Below are positions 20,801 through 28,511 of a stretch of 64,000 bases of DNA, one piece after another. The notes beneath the pieces were generated by a model. The model saw nothing but the letters and a program-made list of their open reading frames with translations, was not told where the DNA came from and did no database searches. The stretch covers positions 1,484 to 65,483 of the forward strand of contig CAYPXF010000005.1 of the NCBI GenBank assembly GCA_964415025.1, given 5' to 3'. A program made the position numbers and the translations under genes. Every line of letters starts with the position of its first letter. The stretch's first letter is position 1. Source of the stretch: an uncultured Gammaproteobacteria bacterium (GTDB lineage: Bacteria; Patescibacteriota; Patescibacteriia; UBA10025; JAHIVO01).

Positions 20801-21490
20801 ACTACCCGGGGGCCTTGTGTATATAACCCATTAATAAATAGGTTTGGATTTGGCTCATACAGTTTGACAACTGATGCGAGCCGGATATTTTTCCACTTTG
20901 GTCCGTATGATTCGGACTATAGCACCATACCTGAACAGGCAGAAATTCTGGAATCTCATGTTGTCGTGAGCCCGTATTCAGGTGGAGATGCCGGATTCCA
21001 GGCGCGGCAGGGTTTGCTAGACTCGGCCATAGCCGATTTTGCGGGCTTTACTGATAATCCGTATGAATTGACGATGTCACCGGAAGTATCTGAAATCGCT
21101 GAAGAAATAACAGATTCATGGGACAGTTTGAGCATCTTTTCATTTGCTGACACCAGCCGGCTGATCCAGGCCTGGGTAGATTTAGAAGACTATACCGCCG
21201 GTGATGATATTGGCATCAGACTGCGCAAAGGCAGAAATGAGCAGATCTATGAAAATGAAGCCAGCAGGACTATACAGACCGGGCAGTCACGGCTCGAAGT
21301 CGACTATCTGACCCCGTTGCGTGTGTCAGGATTGTTCGTGGCGCGCGGCTATAGCTTTGACCGGAAGTATACTAAGGACCTTGCTGCCAGTGAGCAGATC
21401 TTGTATGATGGGAGAGTAGTGGCCAATACGCCGCCCGGCTTGTCAGACTTTACACGGGCGCTTCCGGTATACGCGCGAGTAACACCGTAA
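11801..21490 (+). CDS. Giant (~3230 aa) membrane-anchored surface protein: FN3-like domains, GWAWS repeats, two propellers, Cys-rich repeats, DNRLRE-like domains; putative adhesin
   Basis: Uninterrupted ORF; ATG 11801 follows the previous stop; N-terminal TM; NTxYcyqVRARN FN3-like motifs; GWAWSSNSGWISLNC; DG.YlW and PHivW blade repeats; RGFLRWQLNVPAGAEIRNAYL. Confidence 0.85.
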   Translation: MDQSIRHNNTFSKIVFALLSIASLIVVIGLLYIVMAGQTQDATETDPETVLDPALAQEVRNYEIVDNGDGTHSALYGVGPIQYLTNNPGEYAAIDSTIVESAREGVAYENTTNVINTFFGSDVTDPNFISYQIPGERGVGFTFPDAQQSAWAVAENVATYPELYPGMDARYTIQNDVMLEELIVDNKEDASNFHRLDQQVTLHDVYFREQDDGSITFHDADTRHAVFVIPRPVLYEDGDTLRQNANYGLHFEISRTDTDTYLISKVIDDGGKEWLEKADYPIIIDNTYIGGFNAAVGSTKRYKRIGGASWSWSIMMDSGIYGYPFITTGKYTNGCSLGNSSCIQHEYHGHYTFHTYDVGAPYTQDQVVGARFQVSMVRSDDDGEYLAPVNVYSGANAWDPNKSFSESFTAAEIEDRWNALTSMHQEVDIDTAGLPTYTNRGMCYPGSSPEQCRRVVDIDLNSIGMTSSQDHTQIMLDAPSASYLNCGGSSCNDFHGVISWRPVSSTDMPYPKLEVIYYPDPTIRVDPMAIPEGEKKMEIQIDDDFTDDSSYKLERSFDGSGGPWTEVCSNIATGASGTCQSGITYDCTGITEAGTSGYCTVTDDISVSGGGPRYSDKHTWYRARVVGTSGYVSDYSPVAHDYTFAYPYPEAPPNSDSSESWDKIKIWAPGSGNEYSNQGSFLTIDPEPTKYCMATYTPSMLGWYNPPTNDWRYHHHSSAAYSDVWNEYSEGTYDGRDYINNNDGDNLACKTMAQWIYFGGYPYYSIGEVEDSYRLRPNTYYAFSFLSQNTRDGTVNSPIVMPEYAQTRARVPSKPIQNNGITTQNALGLALDSTPQYAPTEYVNDPNGNTTYAMYVEELNRYFNSDTGTLSSSAVWRRESDWGGAGGIAYGGFAPGTCYSIKAKSRNGASIEGETPARIWSDTGQYCTKMAVPSLSVACQYTDADDDYNCDITLDANGNPAGTEYKFEYCLPESGSNCSAGSGDWQEILIGGKEWNSYNHGDSINVSENTPGYSFLNCEDANMKQMFRGYARRNSSSPSTDPSPAAEDTLPPCQPWSLGHANNPQYSKIQWQWWAPIAADYTGNPVHHYNVYEPTYLARHCDAGNASDLYCDNPFDVQIDDSCSGPFCLFSYTQEQYQRIPKFDNNTQYSTKVRAADSRGRSGRPSAEAWAYTAIETPTGITFDDVQTDTIALNGDGTFSNFSIGSTGLQFQETTSHNGGGADSGELGFTPSGWLSNGQSTTDKGLDQNTKYCYQVRARNAEGHLSGPGDITGFVPASAECRYTLAGTPNMPILERIDGETINITVRDTDDNPHGSPTDNGGETQYALCITKFDDDNVVEFEKYVRPDGTIDYAGVDCASGNGTGYWQSYDGWGNTAGVTIGSLEASARYDFKFKARNGDHIENGADSSGCTANETCIETTFGPEATLFLVKNNVVGWAWSSNSGWISLNCLNQFYAGDQYSCDSADDWGLNTDFVEGRDVNPIEGYAWSASGRAIDKVWTGSNILVDYALPSRVQHSARAGSFIWATAGDALLRIDAASGVEYTCVGSAELSNDWERCTFGDDLRDIVYDGTYLWVSSYNDSIIYQVNPVDGTVAAVDSGSIQLQGLTTTPQGITYDGTYLWVTDPTNDRVLQVDPAAGSEVDQIDVGDQPQYPYYDGKYIWVANAGETHSGQVSRISVADNTVTSIDLSNDNAYDISSDNEHIWISHANTEVITIISPDGSDQATINTDGADSRGIAYADGYIWAADQDADTIYQIDIVSRDVVAEHEVGGNYDPLHMSIDDAYIWASTDDGEVGGQYIALQRLETGVSPDKVGLGWLTYSRGVCSDNAQKPCDPDRNTCGGTATCEPAAGLPPDSTAYGYCYTDGTPDERYGLCSVNTGAVCTDSIACPDPEETCIYHTCQTGDTCPDYGSGTEVCVAMATTNFDGLTREVRGYGRSLTMAQRGAALGFDDWGWISMDGTYTDEADAVARYGVTATDVDSQLFLGDPDVNPDDVILYSLFGWGWNAEVSDFGPVSTWLNPLNVSNTKKVNHSAGWPVTESSIAIDSTGNPHIAWSQFNENSGFNDIYHVRLIGGQWQMMDGSVYQPGVSEPIVSTVTNSGMPSLAVDSSNIPHLVWQEQEGTEADISGGELQYSTWNSETNTWTAMQQIETSGPSCGGASLVIDEANRPHVAYRVHSYDDSEIYYRYFNGSDWVTASGDTGTTDINVSNTGSPHSYQPRLVLSDETTQRPHIVWREQVGAEYHIYYRHWDGNDWVTASGNTGDTDVSVNGDLGTVLGISIEGANPDIVLYADNRPGIIWRDPGMVLYRQWNGSAWVDANPDDGDTDDDIWINIHEGSDVEHLAHSGKTPRVAIDSDDQPHVVWGDYPSGGDSSGDIRYRWWNASAEAGNGAWVTSSGDYTVSGSHFDDDSLTIHESPNIGSTLPDFTMDALGNPHVIWQDVRYKLNDDAAECAANGDINCICSSHADCGDPDYPFCMTRSPDKYCGAADVKYAGWLPGRVRSGIGWVEFMPVGALIGVPWVQTLYSDIYAQENIGLAPPPRGTGTYTATYLILANGDIQGIPSYYTSSQTGEPTSGYYEPGLESLIEDAGYPVGRDALSQIDVDNLIAANDENNAYGNLVHNYDNSGSSSVNISPDLTSGPLNGEVFYFHDADNGLYQVNDIIRFNKGESQINQTAGHGLVIIDGDLEINSPIYYEKRCNGLAGETICTTNNECDSGEVCRAVELDDVSEMPSVAFIVRGNIYVNSQVNELAGVYVALDPDTTDEVDKGIIYTSRKAPITQTIIASEDDTSVDSAYTNSSSADTVSFGQNSSIAQRGFLRWQLNVPAGAEIRNAYLRLYGDGNGNATDFRARIYLLDTANAEQVSNDFTANPNQSLFDADTSNSVSYDINEDTWDTGGWNTSPDISALVQKFVNEPTYESGNYIGIELREEAGVDGWRGFEAYDAVAANYAELVVEYSPRRTVYSLADIDGDDAPDEQSDYAAWGTGSGTCDQNDDDTTRGPCVYNPLINRFGFGSYSLTTDASRIFFHFGPYDSDYSTIPEQAEILESHVVVSPYSGGDAGFQARQGLLDSAIADFAGFTDNPYELTMSPEVSEIAEEITDSWDSLSIFSFADTSRLIQAWVDLEDYTAGDDIGIRLRKGRNEQIYENEASRTIQTGQSRLEVDYLTPLRVSGLFVARGYSFDRKYTKDLAASEQILYDGRVVANTPPGLSDFTRALPVYARVTP

Positions 21491-21495
21491 GACGG

Positions 21496-21650
21496 AAATC
21501 CTAAACTCTAAATCCGAAACAAGCACAAATTTATAAATTACGAATCAAAAACTGTTTTAAGTATTAGGATTTAGCAATTTCCACCAAAGGAGGATCAGCC
21601 TGTGGCTGAAGAATTTGTTTCGTGCTCCGAGATTAGAATTTCGATATTAA
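21496..21650. repeat. Intergenic imperfect inverted repeat with heptamer-like periodicity and an embedded GC-richer unit
   Basis: aaatcctaaactctaaatccgaaacaa ... ttgtttcgtgctccgagattagaatttcgatatt; central ccaccaaaggaggatcagcctgtggctg. Confidence 0.45.
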
Positions 21651-21656
21651 AACGTT

Positions 21657-22811
21657 ATGGCAAAACCAACAAGTTATCTGGGTGTTGATCTAGGAGGATC
21701 CAGCCTAAAAATCGTCGAGCTCAAAAGCGTCAATAACAGACCGCAGCTGGTTACCTATGGTCTGATAGACGAGACATATAATATTATCAAGGATGACAGC
21801 GCGTCAGCCCGCGCCGAAGTAGCCCGGCATTTGAAAGAGCTGACGAAGAGTTCGCGTGTTTCGACTGATAAAGTGGTTTCAGCATTACCGAGCTATAGCG
21901 TCTTCAGCTCTATCATCAGCCTGCCGGCCATGAGCAAAAAAGAGTTGATATCAGCAGTGCGCTGGGAAGCCAAGAAATTCGTGCCTATTCCACTCGAAGA
22001 AATGATCCTGGATTGGGAAGTGCTGGAACAGGGAGAATCAGCGGAAGACACGCGCGGAGAACAAGCCGCCGAAGACGCGCACGATGACGAAGCAGAGGAA
22101 AAAGCCGCAGAAGAAGATTCAGACAAAGATCAAAAAAAGAAAAAACCATCAATGTCATCCGGTGACAAGAAATCGATAAAAGTGTTACTAACTGCCGCAC
22201 CAAAAAATTTAGTAAACCGCTATGTTGAGGTGTTTAAGCAAGTAGACCTCCAGCTGGTCGGATTAGAGACTGAATCGTTTGCCCTGGAGCGATGCCTAAT
22301 AGGCAATGATTCTTCTCCTATCATGATTATTGATATCGGCAACAACGCTACAAGTATTATAATATTCAGCGGCGGTGTTCCAATTCTGAATCGCAGTATT
22401 GATGTTGGAGGTGCCAGTATTTCTAATAAGCTCGTAGAAGTAATGGGGCTAAACCAGGAGCAGGCAGAGCAATATAAACGTGATATGGGCACTAGCATGG
22501 CCGGTCAAAAAATCAGCGATTTACCACAGCCTGTTGCCCATGTTGTTAATTCAGTGATTAATGAAATCCGCTATATATTGAATATTTATCAAAACCAAAA
22601 CCGCCAGCATATTAAAAAAATTATTTTAACCGGCGGGTCGGCATTTTTAGCTAACCTTACAGAAAATATAGAAGATGTGTTTAATATAAAGTCATTTGTC
22701 GGTGATCCATGGGCCAGGGTAGTGCATCCAGTGGAAATTGACGGATTGCTAAAGGGCCTAGGACCGAGAATGTCTGTCAGTATTGGCCTAGCCATGAGAG
22801 AAATCAGCTAA
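21657..22811 (+). CDS. pilM: Type IV pilus assembly protein PilM (actin-like ATPase fold)
   Basis: LGVDLGGSSLKIVEL, WEAKKFVPIPLEEMILDW, IDIG, IILTGGSA, IGLAMR. Confidence 0.93.
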   Translation: MAKPTSYLGVDLGGSSLKIVELKSVNNRPQLVTYGLIDETYNIIKDDSASARAEVARHLKELTKSSRVSTDKVVSALPSYSVFSSIISLPAMSKKELISAVRWEAKKFVPIPLEEMILDWEVLEQGESAEDTRGEQAAEDAHDDEAEEKAAEEDSDKDQKKKKPSMSSGDKKSIKVLLTAAPKNLVNRYVEVFKQVDLQLVGLETESFALERCLIGNDSSPIMIIDIGNNATSIIIFSGGVPILNRSIDVGGASISNKLVEVMGLNQEQAEQYKRDMGTSMAGQKISDLPQPVAHVVNSVINEIRYILNIYQNQNRQHIKKIILTGGSAFLANLTENIEDVFNIKSFVGDPWARVVHPVEIDGLLKGLGPRMSVSIGLAMREIS

Positions 22812-22840
22812 ATATTGACAAAATAGTAAATATATACCAT

Positions 22841-22870
22841 AAAAAGAGTTTGCATGCGCAAACTTTTTTT
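22841..22870. terminator. Probable bidirectional intrinsic terminator after pilM
   Basis: aaaaagagtttgc-atgc-gcaaactttttt stem with A and T runs. Confidence 0.6.
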
Positions 22871-22915
22871 AGTTTACGAATACAATTAAAGTAAGGATAA
22901 AAAACTTAAAAAACC

Positions 22916-22944
22916 TTGACTTTGGCTAAAAAATATGCTAAAAT
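22916..22944 (+). promoter_or_regulatory. Sigma70-type promoter upstream of pilN
   Basis: TTGACT-17 nt-TAAAAT with TG extended -10; closely resembles the promoter at 30174. Confidence 0.6.
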
Positions 22945-23103
22945 ATAGATATATTGCTCAAATATTGGCATAATGCTTGGCATATGTATGACCAAGGATT
23001 GTACTATATATAAAACAAAAATTATCCCGAATTAGCTAAAAATCACCACAAATATATTTGTGATTAATCAAATATAATTCGTGGAAAAAACAAAAATTAG
23101 GTT

Positions 23104-24975
23104 ATGTCAATTAACCTGCTTCCTGAACAGGAAAAATCAAAAATAAAACCTACCAATAAGGCGTCAGTTACCCAAATAGAGATGACCGGACCGCGCCAAG
23201 GAGGAAACAAAAAACCGGCTGCTAAAGAGTCAGGTGTTTTGACATTTTTTAAACAGGCGTTTACTAAGCCAGGTGCACCGCAAACGGATGAAAAAAAGTT
23301 TCCGGAAAAAAAGGTCAGGATTATGGAACGTCCTGCCAAAAAAGCGGCCCATAAGCCAGAAACACAAAAGCAACCAGAACAAAATAAAAAGGTAGTCTAT
23401 ATTAAGCCGAGCGACGAAGGCATGCAGGCAGATAAAAGCAAAGGCATACTGGAAAAAGTATTAGACTTTTTCCGGAGTTTGTTTTCCGCAGGGACACCCC
23501 GCAATCAGCCTGCTGAGAAATCAGCCGCAGTCCCGGAGCCAAAAGAGGAATTCCCAACATATAAACCAATCACAACCAAACAAGTATCTGACAGCAATCA
23601 TGTCGATACTTCACAAGATAAGATAATCGAAGTAACAACTTCATATCAATCTGACGATGAGCAGGCAGCCAAGCCGGCGGCAGTTCCAGCTGACGTGCGC
23701 GAGGAAATGCCAGGCGCGCAACCGATAGTACGGCCGACGCGCACAAGCACACCAGCGCAGCCGATCCAGCAGCCGGAGGATAAGCATGAAAAAGAAACAA
23801 TAGAATTAGAGCGTACCGACCAGCCAGTTCCACGGGACAGACAATACACCGATCAGCAATCCAAAACCGTAGCAGAAAAAAAACCTGACACAGACAGACA
23901 AAACGCACTGATACGCTGGCTGCAGGGCGTGCTGCAGACTATTAAGAATCTATTTACCCGGGAGAAAAAGCCGGTGTCCTCCCCACCGCCGACAGAGCGA
24001 GGACGGGAAGCTGATAGCGACCAGCTGCCGAAGATCAGCCTAGAAAAAAGCACTGAAAATATTCACATTCCCGAAGCAGCCGATCGGAAAACAGCCTTAG
24101 ATGATTTACCGCCCCCTCCATCGCCTCCTGCAGAGGATACATCAGAGGCGGCAGCCGCAACACCTGCCGCGGAACTACAAAAAAAATCAGTACCCGACGA
24201 CATCGATCCGTCACCGGCTCCTGTTTTAGAAAGCGAAATAGATGCCGCGCCCCAGCCGACTGAGCTATCACGGCCTGCGGCGAGTATAAAACCCGGGAAG
24301 CACCCGCCGAAAAAAGAAAAAAAAGACAATGAGATAGCAATGACCAGTCCCCAGGAGCAGGAAGTGAAGCCAGCACTGCAGTGGGAGGTTAATCTCATCC
24401 CCGAGGATGCGGTCGAGGTGCGCATACCGGTGAGCCGTTATTTATATCTGGCGCTGGTCGGTATTGTCTGCGCCGGGCTGGTATTCGGCGGGTGGATAGC
24501 CGCCAACTGGTATTACAACAACATCACCACTGATATCAGTGAAGTTAATACACAGATTTCATCAGTAGAAATTCAGATAAATCAAAAAAAGAACGTTGTT
24601 GAACAGGTCCAGTACATAAACCAGCAGGCAGAACATGTCGCCAGCCTGATAGACGAACACGTGTACTGGTCGCCGTTGTTTACAAAAATCGAAAGCTATG
24701 TTGCGCCAGAGGTGTATTTCACCAGCATGAACGCCGATGTTAATGGCGTGGTTACCCTGACTGCTGTCGGTGAAAATTATGAGGCCGCTGTCAAACAGCT
24801 CTATGTGCTGGAACGCGCTGCTGACTTTGTCCAGCAGGCCAGTGTCGAGAATATATCCTTTGTCAGCGAGGGCGCTGCTATGGATACAGAAACGCAAGCA
24901 TCGGTTATTGTCGACCGTCCCGTCAATTTTTCGATCAAGCTAACAGTCGATCCGTTACTTTTTTCCCATCAATAA
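23104..24975 (+). CDS. pilN: PilN-like protein with a long disordered N-terminal extension
   Basis: INLLP/VNLIP motifs, TM, coiled coil, HVYWS.LF..I....PEV.F PilN core; lies between pilM and pilO. Confidence 0.75.
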   Translation: MSINLLPEQEKSKIKPTNKASVTQIEMTGPRQGGNKKPAAKESGVLTFFKQAFTKPGAPQTDEKKFPEKKVRIMERPAKKAAHKPETQKQPEQNKKVVYIKPSDEGMQADKSKGILEKVLDFFRSLFSAGTPRNQPAEKSAAVPEPKEEFPTYKPITTKQVSDSNHVDTSQDKIIEVTTSYQSDDEQAAKPAAVPADVREEMPGAQPIVRPTRTSTPAQPIQQPEDKHEKETIELERTDQPVPRDRQYTDQQSKTVAEKKPDTDRQNALIRWLQGVLQTIKNLFTREKKPVSSPPPTERGREADSDQLPKISLEKSTENIHIPEAADRKTALDDLPPPPSPPAEDTSEAAAATPAAELQKKSVPDDIDPSPAPVLESEIDAAPQPTELSRPAASIKPGKHPPKKEKKDNEIAMTSPQEQEVKPALQWEVNLIPEDAVEVRIPVSRYLYLALVGIVCAGLVFGGWIAANWYYNNITTDISEVNTQISSVEIQINQKKNVVEQVQYINQQAEHVASLIDEHVYWSPLFTKIESYVAPEVYFTSMNADVNGVVTLTAVGENYEAAVKQLYVLERAADFVQQASVENISFVSEGAAMDTETQASVIVDRPVNFSIKLTVDPLLFSHQ

Positions 24976-24976
24976 T

Positions 24977-25561
24977 ATGAAATTCGCTTCCGTAAAAACA
25001 AGCATTTCACTGTTCTTCAATAAATACTTTATTGCGGTATTGATTGGCGTCGGGATATTAGTCCTGGCCGCTGGGTATTTTATCTTTATCAGTGGGATCA
25101 TGGCAGATATCCAGCAGGCCGGCTCAAGCGATTTGGAGGGGCGGCATCAGGTCTTGAACGCCAAACAGCGGACACTGCGCAAGCTCGAATCTCTGGAACA
25201 GCGGCATAAGCAGGTGACCGCGGCAGAAGTGGAACGCCTGGAAAAATTTCTCCCCATGGAAGACGATATTCCGCTGGTGATGATAGAGATAAAGGAATTT
25301 ATCGAACAAAATGATCTAACAGTCGCCTCGCTCGAAAGCGGTCCGCTGATCACCGGCAGCGACAGCGTAGCGGCCGAGGCGGATCAGGGCATCCAGGCGC
25401 TGAATATTACGGTTGCTATCAGCGGCATTGACAGCTATGTCAAGCTAAAAGATTTTCTGGATCAGATGAGCACGACGCTGCCGATCCTGGAGCTGAAGTC
25501 ATTAGCATATGTTCCGGGTACTGATACCTACAGCCTCAACCTGACAACCTATTACCAATAA
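24977..25561 (+). CDS. pilO: PilO-like protein
   Basis: TM, coiled coil, FLP.EDDIP, SY..LKDFL, ends L.TYYQ; synteny. Confidence 0.75.
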   Translation: MKFASVKTSISLFFNKYFIAVLIGVGILVLAAGYFIFISGIMADIQQAGSSDLEGRHQVLNAKQRTLRKLESLEQRHKQVTAAEVERLEKFLPMEDDIPLVMIEIKEFIEQNDLTVASLESGPLITGSDSVAAEADQGIQALNITVAISGIDSYVKLKDFLDQMSTTLPILELKSLAYVPGTDTYSLNLTTYYQ

Positions 25562-25568
25562 GCGCAGT

Positions 25569-26735
25569 ATGGCCACAATAGATAAAAACAAAAAATTCTC
25601 CAAACGAACCATTATACTATTGGCAGTGTTCAGCGTTCTCCTGGTCGGCGGCGGATATTATGCGTATACGGTACTGTTTGCCGCTGGTGATACGGAGGAT
25701 TTATTATTGTCAGACGGAGCAATAGTAGCGGAACAACGCGTGGTCGTGCCAGAGTTTGAAGGGGACTTACTGACCAATAAGCAGTTTTTACAGTTTCAGA
25801 AAAAAACACCGTCCCAGTTCAGCGAACAGCTGGATGTCACTGTCAGGCCAGCAGACGCTGTAACCGCGCCAGGCGTTATCACGGTGCATAATTCTGGATA
25901 TGGCGATGCGCTCTTTGTTTCATGGACTGCTCCGGCAACAGCGGCTGACGCATATATCGTCTACCGTTCCCAAAACGCTAACGGCGGCTATGCTCCGCGT
26001 GCCATGGTCACCGGAGAGGAAACGGGATATGTAGACACGGCAGTCCAGCCAGGCAATACGTATTACTATACAGTCCGGTCAGTGCGCTCTGAAGAAATGA
26101 ATCGAGTCAGCGGCGTCACCAGCGCATCATCACCGCAAACAGGCATTCAGGTATCTGCCAATCAGGATGAGGCCGCGCGAATCAGCGTTGATGATTCGCC
26201 AGAGATTGATGCCCGGGTAGTACTGCGGCTGCGCGATGGACAAGAAAAACTGGTGGCAGTGATGACAGAAGGTCAGCGGACTGCCTATGACACTGGCGGG
26301 CAAACGTCAGACTCGTATACGGTTATTTTCTATTCTATGTTTTCCATGTCACAGGCGGCTGCCAGTGCCAGCCAGACGGTTACGGATACTGTCTTGCCAG
26401 ATCCGCCGACTGATATCCGGGTGGCAGTGGATGAGGCGGGCGAAAGCGTGCTCATAACATGGCGCAATCCAGACAGCCCGGACTTTAGTTATATTCGTAT
26501 CTACCGCTCTACGGCAAAAGGGTCGCTCGGTACGCTGATCAATCCGGAATCGTATAATTTCATCGGATTGTACGACCGGGAAAACGATTACTATTATTAC
26601 CAGGATACAAATGTTGAGCAGAACGTGGTTTACTATTATACTGTAACCAGTGTTGATAAGGCGGGTAACCAATCCAGCACCGATCTGCTGACAGTGCCGT
26701 ACCGCGCTAATCCGTTTGAACCAATTGTTTTTTAG
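25569..26735 (+). CDS. Membrane-anchored FN3-repeat protein (PilP position)
   Basis: TM; VSWTAP..YIVYRS..YVDTAVQPGNTYYYTVRSV and ITWRNP..YQDTNVEQNVVYYYTVTSVDKAGNQS; ends RANPF. Confidence 0.75.
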   Translation: MATIDKNKKFSKRTIILLAVFSVLLVGGGYYAYTVLFAAGDTEDLLLSDGAIVAEQRVVVPEFEGDLLTNKQFLQFQKKTPSQFSEQLDVTVRPADAVTAPGVITVHNSGYGDALFVSWTAPATAADAYIVYRSQNANGGYAPRAMVTGEETGYVDTAVQPGNTYYYTVRSVRSEEMNRVSGVTSASSPQTGIQVSANQDEAARISVDDSPEIDARVVLRLRDGQEKLVAVMTEGQRTAYDTGGQTSDSYTVIFYSMFSMSQAAASASQTVTDTVLPDPPTDIRVAVDEAGESVLITWRNPDSPDFSYIRIYRSTAKGSLGTLINPESYNFIGLYDRENDYYYYQDTNVEQNVVYYYTVTSVDKAGNQSSTDLLTVPYRANPFEPIVF

Positions 26736-26741
26736 GGTACT

Positions 26742-28493
26742 ATGGAGCAAACACAACAACAAAAAAAACAATCAGCCATCCAGGTACTAATCGAGGAGGG
26801 GTTAGTGCCGACTGACCGCCTCGCCGAGATGAAAAAGCAGGCCAAGGACGAAGGAGAGCTGCTCGATCTTTTGAGTCGAAAAGGGATTGTTTCAGAGGAA
26901 GATATTACCAAGGCAAAAAGCAAAGTTCTGGGAGTTCCCTATATTGATTTATTTGGCAAATCTATTTCCCAGTCAGTGCTGCATATTATTCCCCGTGAGC
27001 TGGCGGATAATTATCATATTGTCGCTTTTGACAAGCAGGGCGATGAGGTGTCGGTAGCGATGGTTGATCCGGCTGATTTTAAGGCTATCGAAGCCTTGGA
27101 ATTCCTGGCCCGCGAAAATAATCTGAAAATAAAATACTATATTGTATCCATGAACGGCTTCCGTGAAGCGCATAAACAATACGCTACGCTGGGAGCAGAA
27201 GTAGAGGAAGCTCTTGCCAGTACTGAAAAGGAAGGCAAATCAGAGCTAGAGGAAATGTTATCCTCTGATAAGTCAGGCGAGGAAACGGTCAAGAGCGCTC
27301 CAGTATCAAAGATGGTTTCAGTCATCCTTAAACATGCTGTCGAGGGAGGCGCGTCGGATATTCATATCGAACCGGTGGAGAATGAAACCAGGGTGCGGTA
27401 TCGTGTCGACGGTGTACTGCACACCTCGCTGGTGTTGCCGCGCTATGTCCACTCATCAATTGTCGCCCGTATTAAGGTTATTTCAGATCTCAAGCTGGAT
27501 GAGACGCGTGTGCCGCAGGACGGGCGTTTCCGTACCGAGTGGGAAGGGCGTATTATCGATTACCGTGTTTCCACCCTGCCGCTGTTTAATAATGAAAAAG
27601 TGGTGATGCGTATTCTCGATCGCGCCGCGGTTGTTCTGGATCTAGAAAAACTTGGATTTGAGGGCGAGCATCTGGATGTCATGCGCGCATCGGTGAAGAA
27701 AACGGTCGGCATGATCCTGCTCACCGGTCCGACCGGATCTGGCAAATCCACCACCTTGTCCGCATTACTGACTATATTAAATAATGAAGAAACAAACATT
27801 ATCACTCTGGAAGATCCGGTCGAGTATTATATAGACGGCGTGAATCAGTCACAGATAAATACTGATGTCGGCCTCACCTTTGCTGCTGGTCTGCGCTCCA
27901 TCCTGCGTCAGGATCCTGATATTATCATGGTCGGTGAGATCCGTGATAATGAAACTGCCGAGCTGGCGGTACATGCCGCGCTGACCGGGCATTTGGTCTT
28001 GTCCACGCTCCATACTAACGACTCGTTTGGCGCTATACCCCGTATGATTGATATGAATATCGAACCGTTCCTGATTACCGCGGCGCTGAACACGGTGGTA
28101 GCCCAGCGGCTGGTCAGGCGACTCTGTCCGTACTGCCAAAAAGAAGCAAAGCTGCCAGAAGACCTCCAGCAATTCCTCGATAAGCAAATAAATCAAATCC
28201 CGCCAGAAATTATGGTCAAACGTTTTGGCAAGGAAAATCCAGAGCTGAAATTTTATGAAGCCGAGGGCTGTACTAAGTGTGAGAATACGGGCTACAAAGG
28301 ACGGGTGCTGATTGATGAAATATTAGAAGTAGACGAAGAGCTGAAAAACGTAGTGGTCACCAATCCGACTATTGATGCCATCCGCGAGACCGCTAAACGC
28401 CAGAATATGATTGCCATGGCCCAGGACGGCATTCTCAAGGCGCTGGACCGTAAAACGTCATTATCAGAAGTTCTCCGCGTGACCCAAGAATAA
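26742..28493 (+). CDS. pilB: Type IV pilus extension ATPase PilB/GspE
   Basis: ASDIHIEP, RVPQDGR, GPTGSGKST, TLEDPVEY, LRQDPDIIMVGEIRD, AALTGHLVLSTLHTN, CxxC pairs. Confidence 0.95.
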   Translation: MEQTQQQKKQSAIQVLIEEGLVPTDRLAEMKKQAKDEGELLDLLSRKGIVSEEDITKAKSKVLGVPYIDLFGKSISQSVLHIIPRELADNYHIVAFDKQGDEVSVAMVDPADFKAIEALEFLARENNLKIKYYIVSMNGFREAHKQYATLGAEVEEALASTEKEGKSELEEMLSSDKSGEETVKSAPVSKMVSVILKHAVEGGASDIHIEPVENETRVRYRVDGVLHTSLVLPRYVHSSIVARIKVISDLKLDETRVPQDGRFRTEWEGRIIDYRVSTLPLFNNEKVVMRILDRAAVVLDLEKLGFEGEHLDVMRASVKKTVGMILLTGPTGSGKSTTLSALLTILNNEETNIITLEDPVEYYIDGVNQSQINTDVGLTFAAGLRSILRQDPDIIMVGEIRDNETAELAVHAALTGHLVLSTLHTNDSFGAIPRMIDMNIEPFLITAALNTVVAQRLVRRLCPYCQKEAKLPEDLQQFLDKQINQIPPEIMVKRFGKENPELKFYEAEGCTKCENTGYKGRVLIDEILEVDEELKNVVVTNPTIDAIRETAKRQNMIAMAQDGILKALDRKTSLSEVLRVTQE

Positions 28494-28511
28494 TTAATAT
28501 AATGGCACTCT

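Noticed and set aside
22030-22170. Acidic/Lys-rich insertion in PilM as an intein or mobile insert
   Set aside because: A short low-complexity loop with no intein termini.
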